Origin: Octopus sinensis
Lineage: Eukaryota
Assembly: GCF_006345805.1 (NCBI RefSeq)
Contig: NC_043009.1
Location: 63,426,001-63,490,000 of the forward strand
DNA: 64,000 nt
Direction: 5' to 3'
Shown here: positions 49,939-63,167 of the stretch, one piece after another
Numbering within the stretch: the stretch's first letter is position 1
Layout of the letters: each line of letters opens with the position of its first letter
The notes under the pieces: generated by a model
Told to the model about the DNA's origin: nothing
The model's input: the letters and a program-made list of their open reading frames with translations, nothing else
The model's database searches: none
Translations under genes and position numbers: made by a program

Positions 49939-50596
49939 CATAGTTTGTATATTATTCTGTTGAACGATGAAATTATCTCGGTAAATTTCTGCTTTTGACA
50001 TCAAATCGATAACTGAAAAACGTTCATTTCAGTTGTTTATTAATAATGGAAGTAATAACTCTATATTTATATTATTGAGTGTTTTTTTACAACTGATTCC
50101 TGTAGGTTTTATGAAAGACAAACATTCTTTCTTTCGTAATTACAGACAAGTGAAGATTTAATAAGTAAAGACAGTGCATACATATATACATACATACGAT
50201 ATTTTTCATCCAAGGGGTTTTAAGAACCCAATAGTCTACATGCTATCATTTGTGTGTGTGTATGTGTGTCCGTGTGTGTGTGTGTGTGTTGTGTAACTAT
50301 AAGTGCTGGTGTCAAATGCTGGATGGGCGCATTGGAATTCTCTTTAAATGCCTTGCTTCATCTAAAGTTACCATTAACATTAAGAAAATAAATAAATAAT
50401 GAAATATAAAAAGTTCCTTTTGATATTTCTGAATGAAACATATTCCGGAAACTCTTAAAATAGTATGAGATAAATTTCTTTCATGAAAATGTATTTTATT
50501 AGGATTCCACGTCGAGTTTCATAAAAATAGTCTAGCCATATTGGTTGCATCAAAGCTTAGCCCGCATCATTTAAACACAGTTACTGAGAGAATTAT

Positions 50597-50602
50597 TATT
50601 AC

Positions 50603-50659
<57 letters not shown>

Positions 50660-50673
50660 CATCATCATCATCA

Positions 50674-50716
<43 letters not shown>

Positions 50717-50733
50717 CATCATCATCATCATCA

Positions 50734-50779
<46 letters not shown>

Positions 50780-50793
50780 CATCATCATCATCA

Positions 50794-50845
<52 letters not shown>

Positions 50846-50850
50846 CATAG

Positions 50851-50881
<31 letters not shown>

Positions 50882-50994
50882 CATCATCATTATTATTATT
50901 ATTATTATTATCGTCATTATTACTATTATTATTATTATTACTATTATTATTATTATTATTATCATCCTCCTCCTCCTCCTCCTCCTCCTCCTCC

Positions 50995-51034
<40 letters not shown>

Positions 51035-51035
51035 A
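50597..51035. repeat. (ATT)n/(ATC)n compound with ~60-bp higher-order period
   Basis: 50641-50700 identical to 50761-50820. Confidence 0.95.
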
Positions 51036-51534
51036 AGCTTAATATCACCAAACGGAATCGTTAGAGAAACGACTTCTTACAACGTTTCAGAATTAATAGA
51101 GTTTACATGTCAACTGCCATCTGACACAGATTGCATTTCGTTCACAGCGCCATCTATCCAGGTTAATATATTGCCATTATTCACTTTTCAATGTTTTTCT
51201 TTGTTTTCTTTGTGCGTGTGGGCGCGACTTTTTTGTTTTTGTTTTTGTTTTTGGTTTTTTGGTTTTTTTTTTGTTTTTTCATTGTCATTGGCTGACATTT
51301 TTCATATTTATTATCATTTCATGGTGGATGGCTGTCCTCTTGAACTGTTCTTTTCTTAAATGTTATTAGATAGCTCTCTTAAATACATGTAACTATCTAA
51401 CAGCTCATCGCTATCTCTCTTTATACGTCTTCACATATTCCTGGCGTTACGCACAGTGCCGTCTTAAGGCCTGGGCAGACTGGCCAGTTGCCCCGGGGCC
51501 TTACGGGTCTATGGGGTCCAATAAATAAATACTG

Positions 51535-51898
51535 GGTATGGAAGCACTCCGTCGGTTACGACGACGAGGGTTCCGGTTGATCCGAATCAACGGAACAGCC
51601 TGCTCGTGAAATTAACGTGTAAGTGGCTGAGCACTCCACAGACGTAGTTCTCGGGGATATTCAGCGTGACACAGAGAGTGGCAAGGCTGGCCCTTTGAAA
51701 TACAGGTACAACAGAAACAGGAAGAAAGAGTGAGAGAAAGTTGTGGTGAAAGAGTACAGCAGGGATCACCACCATCCCCTGCCGGAGCCTCGTGGAACTT
51801 TTAGGTGTTTTCGCTCAATAAACACTCACAACGCCCGGTCTGGGAATCGAAACCGCGATCCTACGACCGCGAGTCCGCTGCCCTAACCACTGGGCCGA
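51535..51898 (-). mobile_element. SINE family C, full length, alternative tail
   Basis: Same head and centre as 42599-42914 but a different 3' tail (shared with 30423-30560). Confidence 0.9.
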
Positions 51899-52029
51899 AT
51901 AAATACTATAGGGATCAGTACAATGATAAAGCTACTAAGAGCCCTGGTTACGTAGACATGTATCATTGGATATTGATTTATATCATCTAATATAATAATG
52001 AGCGTAGTGTTTTTGTATATTTGTATATA

Positions 52030-52143
52030 TATCACCGTGAAATCACCGTCCGACCGGACTATCAGATGTTGCTACACATCGCTGGTCACAATGCGCTTCG
52101 CATTGTTTTAGCCTTCAAATGACGCCACCCCGCTGGCTAAGCG
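52030..52143 (-). mobile_element. Isolated RTE-type SINE/LINE tail
   Basis: Reverse complement matches 42800-42914. Confidence 0.82.
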
Positions 52144-52144
52144 T

Positions 52145-52180
52145 ATATATATATATATATATAATTATATATATATATAT

Positions 52181-52240
<60 letters not shown>

Positions 52241-52315
52241 TCTAGATAGATAGATAGATAGATGGATAGATGGATGGATGGATGGAGTGATGGACTGACT
52301 GACGACGGACGGACG

Positions 52316-52346
<31 letters not shown>

Positions 52347-52353
52347 AGCAGAC

Positions 52354-52423
<70 letters not shown>

Positions 52424-52425
52424 TT
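52145..52425. repeat. (TA)n(GATA)n(GATG)n(GACG)n(GACA)n(GATA)n
   Basis: Direct reading. Confidence 0.95.
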
Positions 52426-52879
52426 GTATGAGTGTGTATAGAGGGATATATATTATTCAAAGAAATTCCAACTCTGTCTGTTTTATATGTTTTATTTATA
52501 TTCTTTATAATATTAATGTAGAATATAGAATGTATAGTATAAACAATATATATATAGTAAAATGAAATGAAGTATTGATTGTCTTATTGAATAGATGAAA
52601 TATTGAATGTCAAATATTAAGGGACTAGTACACTGTCTTGCATTATAGCAGTCTTCAAGGTCCCAGGTTGTGACAGGAATGTTTCGTCCAGAATCGCGCC
52701 GGACGCGGAGGAGGGGAGCAAAGAGTAATTCAGTGAAGGAAAAGTAGTGAGAATAAAAGCCCTGACCGGGCGGGAATGAGAGAAAGGAAGGGGTGAAAAA
52801 AATCAGCGTTTCAACTGTGTGTGAGTATATGTGTGTATGTGTGTGCGTGTACAAGGGAAGTATGTGAATGTTTGTATAT

Positions 52880-53270
52880 GCGGCAGAAACGTTAGCACGC
52901 CGGGCGAAATGCTTTGCAGCATTTCGTCTGTCGCTACGTTCTGAGTTCAAATTCCGACGAGGTCGACTTTGCCTTTCATACTTTCGAGGTCGATTAAATA
53001 AGTACCAGTTACGCACTAAGGTCGATATAATCGACTTAATCCGTTTGTCTGTCCTTGTTTGTCCTCTCTGTGTTTAGCCCCCTGTGGGTAGTAAAGAAAA
53101 AGGTATTTCGTTTGTCTTTATGTTCTGAGTTCAAATTCCGCTGGAGTCGACTTTGCCTTTCATCCTTTCGGGGCCGATAAAATAAGTACTAGTTGGACCA
53201 TGGGGTCGGTTTAATCGACTTAGCCCCTTCCATCAAGACTGCTGGCCTTGTGCAAAAATTTGAAGCTAAT
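52880..53270 (+). mobile_element. SINE family A dimer (tail A body then tail B body)
   Basis: ...GTAGTAAAGAAAAAGGTATTTCG re-entry junction at ~53100. Confidence 0.9.
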
Positions 53271-54387
53271 ATTATTTTCCGATTGCAATTTTTTTCCCAC
53301 GGTCATACAAACAGATATAAAAGTTTATCTAAAGCAAATCCAATTCCTCCATCCAGATAGAATGTGTTAATTAGGTCAAGTAGATTTCTTTATATCAAGA
53401 GGTGTTGGAGGTGAGTGGTTAAAAGTCAGCGAGACAGCAAGTATGACACCATTTCTTTCCTGCCGCCTCTTTTCTTTTCTCTTAAAAAAGGGCGTAGACA
53501 AGTCGGGCACCGCTGGTAATTGTATGTACAAATAGTATATTGTATCATCAAATATCACAAAGAAACTCTGAATGCGGAAGGATTTTTTTCCATTGATAAA
53601 AGCATTAAAGCATTAGACATCTCACTGTTACACACAAATAAACGACTTTATCTACCGCTTGCTTTGCAGAATTGTGTTTTTCTGTAATTCGATGAAGTTT
53701 TATTTTATCTTATTTTTGTTAACTGTGATAACCCTCTCCCTACGAACAAATACCATTGTTGACACCATATCTACTAATTGGTCCTGAATAACGGCTCCCT
53801 CTCAGAATAAATTAAATGAGGCTTAGCGAAACTATTTAAGCTGTCACCTCCACAATTTACTTAATCAAGCTAAATCGCCAATGGCTTATTTTTACAGCTT
53901 TTTCTTTTTTCTAAATATTTTTCGCTCCCGGTCAGTTGGGTCGATTACTTTGAAGGAACTCCTATGAGAATATTATATGTATGACTTGGGGCTCCTCTAC
54001 GTAGTCACAACTTGTTGCTAGAAGTAGGTACCTCACCTCACTCAAATCACACCCGCCGTCTTCAAAGATGCCGTCACATTAGATTATGTAGTCCTAGTTG
54101 TACGTAGGGAAGTGTCCGTTTGTATCAAGGTGCCAAGATCAAATCTTATTGGTCCATCGCGGAAATTCAGTGACATGCTTAGTACACTCTCATCCAGGAA
54201 GTTGCCGAGGACCGTTCGTCAGACAAAGACGGGAAAGACATGTTGGTCACTGATTGAATATCTTTGACCATTGATCAGACCATTGATCGTTCGGGGCTGA
54301 ACGGCACCGTCGTATCACGGCTTGAACACCATTAATCAAGGGAATTGATCAACACCATTAAAAATAAAACATTATGAAAGCTGAGAA

Positions 54388-54796
54388 AGGCGGCGAGCTG
54401 GCAGAAACGTTAGCACGCCGGGCGAAATGCTTAGCGGTATTTCGTCCGCCGCTACGTTCTGAGTTCAAATTCCGCCGAGGACGACTTTGCCTTTCATCCT
54501 TTCGGGGTCGATTAAATAAGTACCAGTTACGCACTGGGGTCGATATAATCGACTTAATCCGTTTGTCTATCCCTGTTTGTCCTCTCTATGTTTAGCCCCT
54601 TGTGGGTAGTAAAAGAAATATGTATTTCATCTGCCGCTACGTTCTGAGTTCAAATTCCGCCGAGGTCGTCTTTGCCCTTCATTCTTTCGGGGTCGATTAA
54701 ATAAGTACCAGTTATGTACTGGGGTCGATGTAATCGACTTAATCCGTTTGTCTGTCCTTGTTTGTCCCCTCCATGTTTAAGACCTGTGGTCAATAA
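54388..54796 (+). mobile_element. SINE family A dimer
   Basis: Head plus two bodies; junction AAATATGTATTTC at ~54620. Confidence 0.92.
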
Positions 54797-55309
54797 ACAA
54801 ATAAATAATTTTCCCCTGTAGACCCCTCTCCCTACATCATCCTCCCGTCTCTCTCTTCTTCCCCTCTTTCTTTCTCTCTGCCTGCCTCCCTCTCTCTTTT
54901 CTCTCTCTTTCGAGTACGGAAGCTAAAAAGATAGATAATGATGATAGGGGTAGTAATGAGAACGACGACAGTGGTGGTGGGGGTGATAGTGATGGTGGTT
55001 GTATTGGTGGGCGGAGGGGCTGGCGATGGTGATGAGGGTGGAGTGATAGTGAGAGTGTTGTTGTTGGTGGTGGTGGTAGTGATGGTAATGAGGGTGGTGG
55101 TAGTGTTGGTGAAGAGGAGGGGTATGGTCGTGATAGTGGGGCTGCTGCTGTTGATGATGACGATGATGATGATGATACTTTATAGTTTTGAGCTGATAAG
55201 GGGACTCTTACAGAAAATTCCCTTTTTGAAAGATATGCATTTCGTTGTCTCTTGCCATATTTAAAACCATATATAAAGAGATTTGCTCCGCCACACTACC
55301 ACCATCCCT

Positions 55310-55550
55310 CTCTCTCTCTCTCTCTCCCTTTCCGTCTATCTCCCCCTCTCTCCTTCTTCTCCCTCTTCTCCCTCTCCTTCTTCTCCTCCTCCTCCTCCTC
55401 CTCCTTCTCCTCCTCCTTCTTCTTCTTCTTCCTCCTCCTCTACTTCCTTCTTCTTCTCCTTCTTCTTCTCCTCTTCCTCCTCCTCTACTTTCTTCTTCTT
55501 CTTCTTCTTCTTCTTCTTCTTCTTCTTCTCCTCTTCCTCCTCTTCCGCCT
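55310..55550. repeat. (TC)n(TCC)n(TTC)n polypyrimidine tract
   Basis: Direct reading. Confidence 0.93.
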
Positions 55551-55682
55551 CCTCGCCAGTGGCACAAAGTCTTCACTTGTTTTCATAATCTCATTCTGAA
55601 TTGTAAGAAACCGTTATTCATCGTTCATCTTCATTCTTTTAGTCGTTACCAGATTATTCAGTTAAGACTTACCACCACAATC

Positions 55683-55714
<32 letters not shown>

Positions 55715-55739
55715 CACTACCACCACCACCGCTACTTCC

Positions 55740-55768
<29 letters not shown>

Positions 55769-55770
<2 letters not shown>

Positions 55771-55990
55771 GCCCTGATGCAGTACCAGACAGTGGTTATC
55801 ATGGCTTCTTATCTTAACTGATTGGAGGTGCTATCATGTACATTGTTTTGTCTTGGTATAAAAGATGGGCTACAGCAAATATTCTGCTCAATACCACAGA
55901 TTTTCTTGTCAGTTGTTTGACCTTAACAAGTTGAGCATGTCCCTTAGAGGCTGACGATATGTGCATCTCTGATTACGAGCAGAAGTAGTA
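55769..55990. mobile_element. Unclassified element abutting (AAT)n
   Basis: Sharp start after (AAT)n, complex sequence; repeat status inferred. Confidence 0.4.
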
Positions 55991-56094
55991 GAGGAAGATG
56001 GCTTCCTTCTCGCACGTTTTATTTGATTTTCGTTTCGGTTCCCTTCTTTCTGTGTGTGTGTGTTGAGGAAGGGGATAGTGGTATTTTTTCTTCC

Positions 56095-56505
56095 TCTGAC
56101 CTAAACACATCTGTCCATCCTCTGAGGTATATACAAGGCACTGAAAGCTACACCAATGCCAGAACGGGTGACACTGCACAGTGCCAAAGATCCCAGCAAT
56201 GCCATCGCGCTTCAGGACCAGTTACTGCAACGGCCTGAGTTTCAAGGGCACAGCTTTTAATATTCTCCCAAATATTCTCTGAGGAACTTGCACAAAGTAG
56301 AGGTAGGGGTTTTTAAATCAAAGCTAGACCTCTTCCTATCGAGAGTCCCAGATGAACCTACCTCACGGCAAGTAGTGCAAAGGAGGGTAGCTATATCAAA
56401 CTCCATGCTTCACCAAGTGCCACATATTAGAGAAGGCTCTTAGTAATAACAGTGCAGCAAAACGGCGGTGCATCGGCCTGGCCACAGCTCTGAGCTGAAA
56501 CTAAA
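56095..56505 (+). mobile_element. CR1-like LINE 3' end
   Basis: HCTVPKIP...RTSYCNGLSFKG and LRNLHKVEVGVFKSKLDLFLSRVPDEPT match CR1-group ORF2 C-termini. Confidence 0.8.
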
Positions 56506-57226
56506 GAAAAAAAAGGGATCTCTTTTTTTCTTTTTAGTTCCACCATAACATGCTTAAGAGGGACTACGCTTTCTTAAGACGCAGATCTCAATCACATTCA
56601 CCTCTTCTCTGATACTTTACCCTTATTCAACATTTCTGTGTTAGTAATAATACTAGAAAACAAATAAATGCAAAAACAAACCGCAATAACAACGCCTTTA
56701 CTCGTCAAAGTGTATATGTATGTGTGCGTTTAAGTGTTTTGCGTGTTTTGTAGTAACAATAAGATACATACACACACACACACACAAACACACACACATA
56801 TATATATATATATTGTTACACTATTCGTTTGTTGTTTGTTTTATTTTCCTCTTTGTGTATTATGTGCGGGTGGGTGTTTCCTTTTGTTGGGGTATTAAGA
56901 CATGACATGTTTGCAGAACGCTTAGACGCGACAAAATAACAAAAAAAAAAAAATATCAAAAGGAACCTTACATTTTCCCTGACTATATGGGTGAATCTTA
57001 CAAAATGTTCGAAGCTGTTTGTGAACGAATTAAGTTTGAAAACCAAACAAACAATAAAATACTATTCAATGCATTTATACGAGTCAAAATCCTGTGCTTC
57101 GAGGATTAACTTAAAAACAAGTCTGAGCCAGCAGTGAATAATAAGCATTTCTAAAATTGACATCGAAAGCATAAAAAGCAAAGTTGACCGCAGCTGGATT
57201 AGAACTCGGTACATAAAGAGAATACT

Positions 57227-57517
57227 TATTTCTTTACTACCCACAAGGGGCTACACACAGAGGAGACAAACAAAGACAGACAGATGGATTAAGTCGATTA
57301 TATTGACCCCAGTGCGTAACTGGTACTTAATTTATCGACCCCGAATGGATGAAAGGCAAAGTCGACCTCGGCGGAATTTGAACTCAGAACGTAACGGCAG
57401 ACGAAATACAGGTAAGCATTTCGCCCGGCTTGCTAACGTTTCTGCCAGCTCGCCGCCTTTAAGGAGCTACGAGGACATCCCTTCCAGACGGTCACCTATG
57501 CCGATCAACCACAACCC
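57227..57517 (-). mobile_element. SINE family A with ~59-nt extra 5' leader inside a 17-bp TSD
   Basis: TACATAAAGAGAATACT at 57210-57226 and 57518-57534. Confidence 0.88.
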
Positions 57518-57583
57518 TACATAAAGAGAATACTGCAGAATTTTTCATCTGATGCTGTAAGAATTAAATGAAGCCGTCGTCAA

Positions 57584-58200
57584 AGCGGCGAGCTGGCGAA
57601 ATCGTTAGCGCGTTGGACAAAATACTCAGCCGCATTCGTTCTAACTTTACGTTCTGTGTTCAAATGCCGCTGAAGTTGACTTTGCTTTTCATCCTTTCAG
57701 GGGCGATGAAATAAGTACCAGTCGATCACTGGGTCAGTGTAACCGACTAACTTTGTGCCTATAGCAAAAGAGAAAAAAAGGATTTAATAATAATTCTAAA
57801 GCGGCGAGCTGGCAGAAACGTTAGCGCGCCGGGCGAAATGCTTAGCGGTATTTCGTCTGCCGTTACGTTCTGAGTTCAAATTCCGCCGTGGTTGACTTTG
57901 CCTTTCATCCTTTTTGGGTCGATTAAATAAGTACCAGTTACGCACTAGAGTCGATATAATCGACTTAATCCCTTTGTCTGTCCTTGTTTGACCTCTCTAT
58001 GTTTATCCCCTTGTGGGTAGTAAAGAAATAGGTAATTCTTCCGACTCTGTAGTTTAGAGTTCAAATTCTGGTGACGTCGACATGGCTTTTATCTTTTCGA
58101 GATCGATAAAACATATACCAGTCGTGTAGTGGGGTTGATGTAAATGACTTGCCTCCTCCCCTAAAAATTTCTAGCGGTGTCCCCAAATTAGAAAGAAATT
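57584..58200 (+). mobile_element. Cluster of SINE family A copies
   Basis: Heads at ~57584 and ~57800, extra body to ~58200. Confidence 0.88.
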
Positions 58201-58948
58201 AAAACTAATGTTGAGGGCTCGAACAGTACAACAAAACACACAGTGAAACGTTTAACAGGGATCTTACAAACACATGTGGGATGAGACAAAATTATATAAT
58301 TGCGATACACAGATATTATTTTGTGCTGAGTAGGGGGTTGCTAAACTCCCTTATTACAAAAGTATTACCAAAACGATATACAATAATTAAAACAAGACAT
58401 GTACGAATTCATTAATAGACTACTTACGTTTGTTGCAAGACCCGACGGTCCCGATGATGCTACCTTCCCCGCTCAACTTCAATATTTCCATATATTGTTT
58501 AAGATTAGTGAACCCAGAATCCATTTGTGAGTTCTTCAGTCACAGTGGGTAAGTCAAGGCCCCTATCCTGTGAATAGATACCACACAAAATGGAGTAAAC
58601 ACACTGGGAACTTTTTACCAATATTTTATCATTTTTGATGTTGTTTGTGGTTTGGTCTCATCCCCTCCCAGATCAGCATTTGACCCTGAAAAGAGTTGTA
58701 ACAGAAAGAAAAAATTATTTCATTCTGGTCGAAAGTAGATTAATAACGAGAGATGGCCTTCCCTTCACAAGGAGTGAATTTCTCCTGACCTCAGAGCGTT
58801 TCCTCTTTACAGGAGATTCACCTTTACTCCCACTTTTTGATTGCCTTATTTATTTATTTATTTATTTATTTTATTTATTTATTTATTTTTCATTTACTTA
58901 TTATAAAGGCAGCTTTTTCAGATTTTCTCGTGAAAGTCGCCGATCCCG

Positions 58949-58982
<34 letters not shown>

Positions 58983-59008
58983 TGTATGTATGTATGTATG
59001 TATGTATG

Positions 59009-59063
<55 letters not shown>

Positions 59064-59239
59064 TATATAATATATATATATATACATATACACACATAAT
59101 ATGATCCTTAAATATAGAAGAAGTGTTATATGGAAATACGGTAAAAAGTTTGTCTGTATAAGCGAAGGAGTTTCTGTTATTATTCGAATTACTCTTTAAG
59201 GATGATAACTTCATAGAACTTGTTATCTTCAGTTCGATT

Positions 59240-59478
59240 TTCGTACACATCCTCGTCTATGGTCTTGAATGTTGGGTAATAAACGAAAGATTACCCCCGC
59301 GAATACAAGCGGAAAGGGTACAGTCATGAATCGAGTCCGTCCGAAGGATCTCTGGAGTAACGGTACTCGACAGAGATTCGTAACGGTACTCGCTCGGAGA
59401 TCAGGGAGTCTTTCTAGGTTGAGCCGCTACCACTCAGCACTGAGTGGTCACAGCTTCAGTGCAACAGACATGCTGCGT
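59240..59478 (+). mobile_element. RTE-like LINE fragment
   Basis: ILVYGLECWVINER..RIQA...RISGVTVLDR resembles RTE LLYGxExW...RRIxGVTxxDR. Confidence 0.65.
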
Positions 59479-60379
59479 TGGTTTAGATCCAGGTCAGCTC
59501 TGAAATAAGAAGATCCATGATCAAAGGCATTCTTCCTAGGACCATCCTACCTCAGTAGATGTATTTGGGACTACATTATCCTTTGTGTTCTCTTTTACAA
59601 GAGAGAAGCGTGTAAGTTGAGTGAGCCTGGTTGTTATTTCTAGCAAGTCGAGTAACCACCTAGAAGCTAAGCTTCGTTCTTAATTGGATCGCCCTCGTCT
59701 TCGAAGGGTCACTCTAAATGGTAACTTTAAAGACAGGAATCTAAACGACATTATTGGTAGAATAATATTTATACGTGACAAATAGTACATTCATTGCTGT
59801 AGGCGGGGGGAACAGTGCATAAGCGCTAGGTGTTTCGTTTGACTGCACTCATTGGAATGAATTCATTACAAATGGAGTTTGATGTGCTTAGAAAACAGTT
59901 AATTTAATCAAATAACTTGAAAGTTTATTTTGTGGTGTAAAACAAAATATGTTGGCAGTTTAACAAACGTAATTGTAATTAGCTCTATTAGTAAAGTTTA
60001 TTTTAATTTCATCTTTTAAGTGGAAATTTTTCTTAATTCATTCAACTCATTACTTCATTAGCGCTGCCTTGTGAGTGAGTACCAGATACTCTGTACCGTC
60101 TCACAGTAATTCTACATCATTGACAACAGATGTAAATTTTTACAATAATTAAACAGTCTTTAGAAGAAAAAAGTTAATAATTATCTCAGTGAATGGAAAC
60201 ATGGAACCTTGCTCGTGTCAAATATTTACTACACTAATTATTAATTAACTCTGTTCCTCACAGTTTTGTTAATACAAACACAGCTATGATTTTAGTTTGC
60301 TTTGAACAATTACAGACCCCTTAGAGTAGAAGGGAAATAGGACATAGGGTTTTCAGGCTTTTCCTAAAGATCCTTATAA

Positions 60380-60580
60380 CCCTTTTGATACGAACCCGCT
60401 TGAGACTGCCCCTGGTTCTGTGACACAAACTTCTTGTTTTAAAATGATCTCCGATCAAATATTCAGATTTATTTGTGCCTCAAACACCAGCTCAATAATG
60501 TCAAAGCTATTCTTCGTCATTTTGAAATTTTATGGCAACAAAGACTGGGTTATTCCAGTAAAAATATAATAACAAAAGGG
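60380..60580. mobile_element. piggyBac-like MITE
   Basis: Termini CCCTTTTG...CAAAAGGG; flanks ATAA/TTTC resemble a decayed TTAA TSD. Confidence 0.55.
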
Positions 60581-61229
60581 TTTCAACTCGTACAACCGGA
60601 AATCGTCACGGAAACGTTTTATCGAGAACCACGTGATTTGATATAAATGTAGTAAAGATTTCTAACTCTGTAAAAGAAGAGTTTAGTCGCTTGGACAAAC
60701 TCCAATAGTTAACTGATAGTTTGATGATAAGCAATGTCGGTTACCAATCGTATTTGAAACTAAACGATTATAGTAAATAGCGGATTAATTTTCGGTATAA
60801 AAACCGACATAGTATTATATAACGTAAACATGTAAACATTCGAACATGGTGAATATCTTTCCAAATCCTGTTGCATTTCACATGGAATTTTTGGTCGCTA
60901 CTAAGTCGTCTTGGTGTATAAGTCGACCTGTCTACTTTGGCTGTAAATTTCGGTCTGAAAAATTCGACTTGTATGCCAGAAAATACGGTAAAGAAATGCT
61001 GCATAATACTACACAGTTTCTCACCACAATAACCTCTCAACATAAATGTAGATGTGTATGCGTTATGTGTATGTGTGTCGAAAGTGAGTGCGCGTACGTG
61101 TATGCGTGTCTATGATGTATACATGCATTGTGTGCTCGTGTGTAAATTCGAAGGGTAAACATTTTCGGGTTTTGAAAATCTCGATAAACAATAATTTCGT
61201 TGTATCTTTATATGAACATAGTTATTTTC

Positions 61230-61298
61230 TATACATTATATATATATATATTATCAAAAAGTCTTCAAGAATATACATACTGAAGAAAATACATTCAG

Positions 61299-61363
<65 letters not shown>

Positions 61364-61414
61364 AATGTATGTATGTATATATACATAGTAACTGAAATAA
61401 AAAAAATATATATG

Positions 61415-61449
<35 letters not shown>

Positions 61450-61495
61450 ATGCCTGTATATATATATATATACGTGTGTATATATATATATATAC

Positions 61496-61538
<43 letters not shown>

Positions 61539-61720
61539 ATATATATTATATATATATATATATATACGTATATATATATATATACGTATATATATATATA
61601 TACGTGTGTATATATATATATATTATATATATATATATACATACACACATACATACATATGTATACATACACACAAACACACACACACATATATATATAT
61701 ATATACATATATATACATAT

Positions 61721-61807
<87 letters not shown>

Positions 61808-62025
61808 CACGCACACATACACATACATACGCACGCATGAACAGACACTCATACCCACGTTTCTCACAAACTCTGCATTTATACCCGGGACACGCAGTTA
61901 TCTCCCAAGTATTTGCCTATTCTAGTGTTTCTCTGAGTCCACTGTGTGTGTATGTGATGTGTATGTGCGTATATACACATACATATATAGATAGATGTAT
62001 ATGTGTGTGTGTGTGTGCGTGTGTG

Positions 62026-62059
<34 letters not shown>

Positions 62060-62090
62060 TGTATGTATGTATGTATGTATGTATGTATTC
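61230..62090. repeat. (CA)/(TA)/(TG)/(TATG) microsatellite field
   Basis: Direct reading. Confidence 0.93.
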
Positions 62091-62706
62091 GTGTGTCGAC
62101 GGACGTGATTGTTATTCAGTGTTGTCTGCGTAGAATAGAAATGAAAAAAGAAAAACAAGAGAATTGAGTGTGTATTATTTCAAGGGAGCCATTTAAACAG
62201 ATATTTGAATCGGAGGAAAAGAAGTCTCCATTTCAAAGAGTGAATGAAACAGCCTGCAAAAGTCGGTGTACATGTAATTTGTAAGGTTTTGTTATTCTAC
62301 AGATGTTACTGGAGATGTTGGTCTTTTTCTTCAAGTTGTCTTCTTTACTAAGAAACAACACCGTATGATAACAGATGTCGTAGCATTTGGAATACACGGC
62401 GCGCAGATATTTTATGTGAAAGAGAAACAACAGATTAAGCTTTGAGATTTTAAGTTTTTTTTTTTTATATATATATATATATATATGACCTTTCTCTGTT
62501 ATTGTTAATGTCATCCTCGCGTCTTACCGTTTTCAGGTCAACAATGGAACGATTTTATTATTCATTTTGTTGTTTTATTTCCTAACATGAGAATCTGGGA
62601 GAACTAATGGGTTAAGTGCACTAAAGCACTTCGTTATCGAGAAATAGTTCTCCTGCGTTTGTTGCTAGATCGTATTAATGCGCAGCTAGTTTCAACTCCG
62701 CTATAT

Positions 62707-62938
62707 ACTCTTTTACTCGTTACTCTTTTACTTGTTTCAGTCATTTGACTGCGGCCATGCTGGAGCACCGCCTTTAATCGAGCAACTCGACCCCGGGACT
62801 TATTCTTTTTTGCAAGCCCAGTACTTATTCTATCGGTCTCCTTTGCCGAACCGCTAGGTGACAGGGACATAAACACACCAGCATCGGTTGTCAACCAATG
62901 CTAGAGGGACAAATACAGACACATAAACACACACCGCG

Positions 62939-62996
<58 letters not shown>

Positions 62997-63167
62997 CTAT
63001 ATCCAAACGCTTCTTTCAGTTTCCGTCTACCAAATCCACTCACAAGGCTTTGGTCGGCCCGAGGCTATAGTAGAAGACACTTGAAGACAAGGTGCCACGC
63101 AGTGGGACTGAACCCGGAACCATGTGGTTGGTAGACAGGCTACTTACCACGCAGCCACTCCTGCGCC
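62707..63167 (-). mobile_element. SINE family B full copy
   Basis: Reverse complement of the consensus. Confidence 0.92.

Noticed and set aside
50541-51035. 272-aa poly-Ile and 155-aa poly-Met ORFs
   Set aside because: (ATT/ATC)n microsatellite
58635-59057. 140-aa ORF
   Set aside because: No domain; the 3' third is (TTTA)n/(TATG)n/(TA)n
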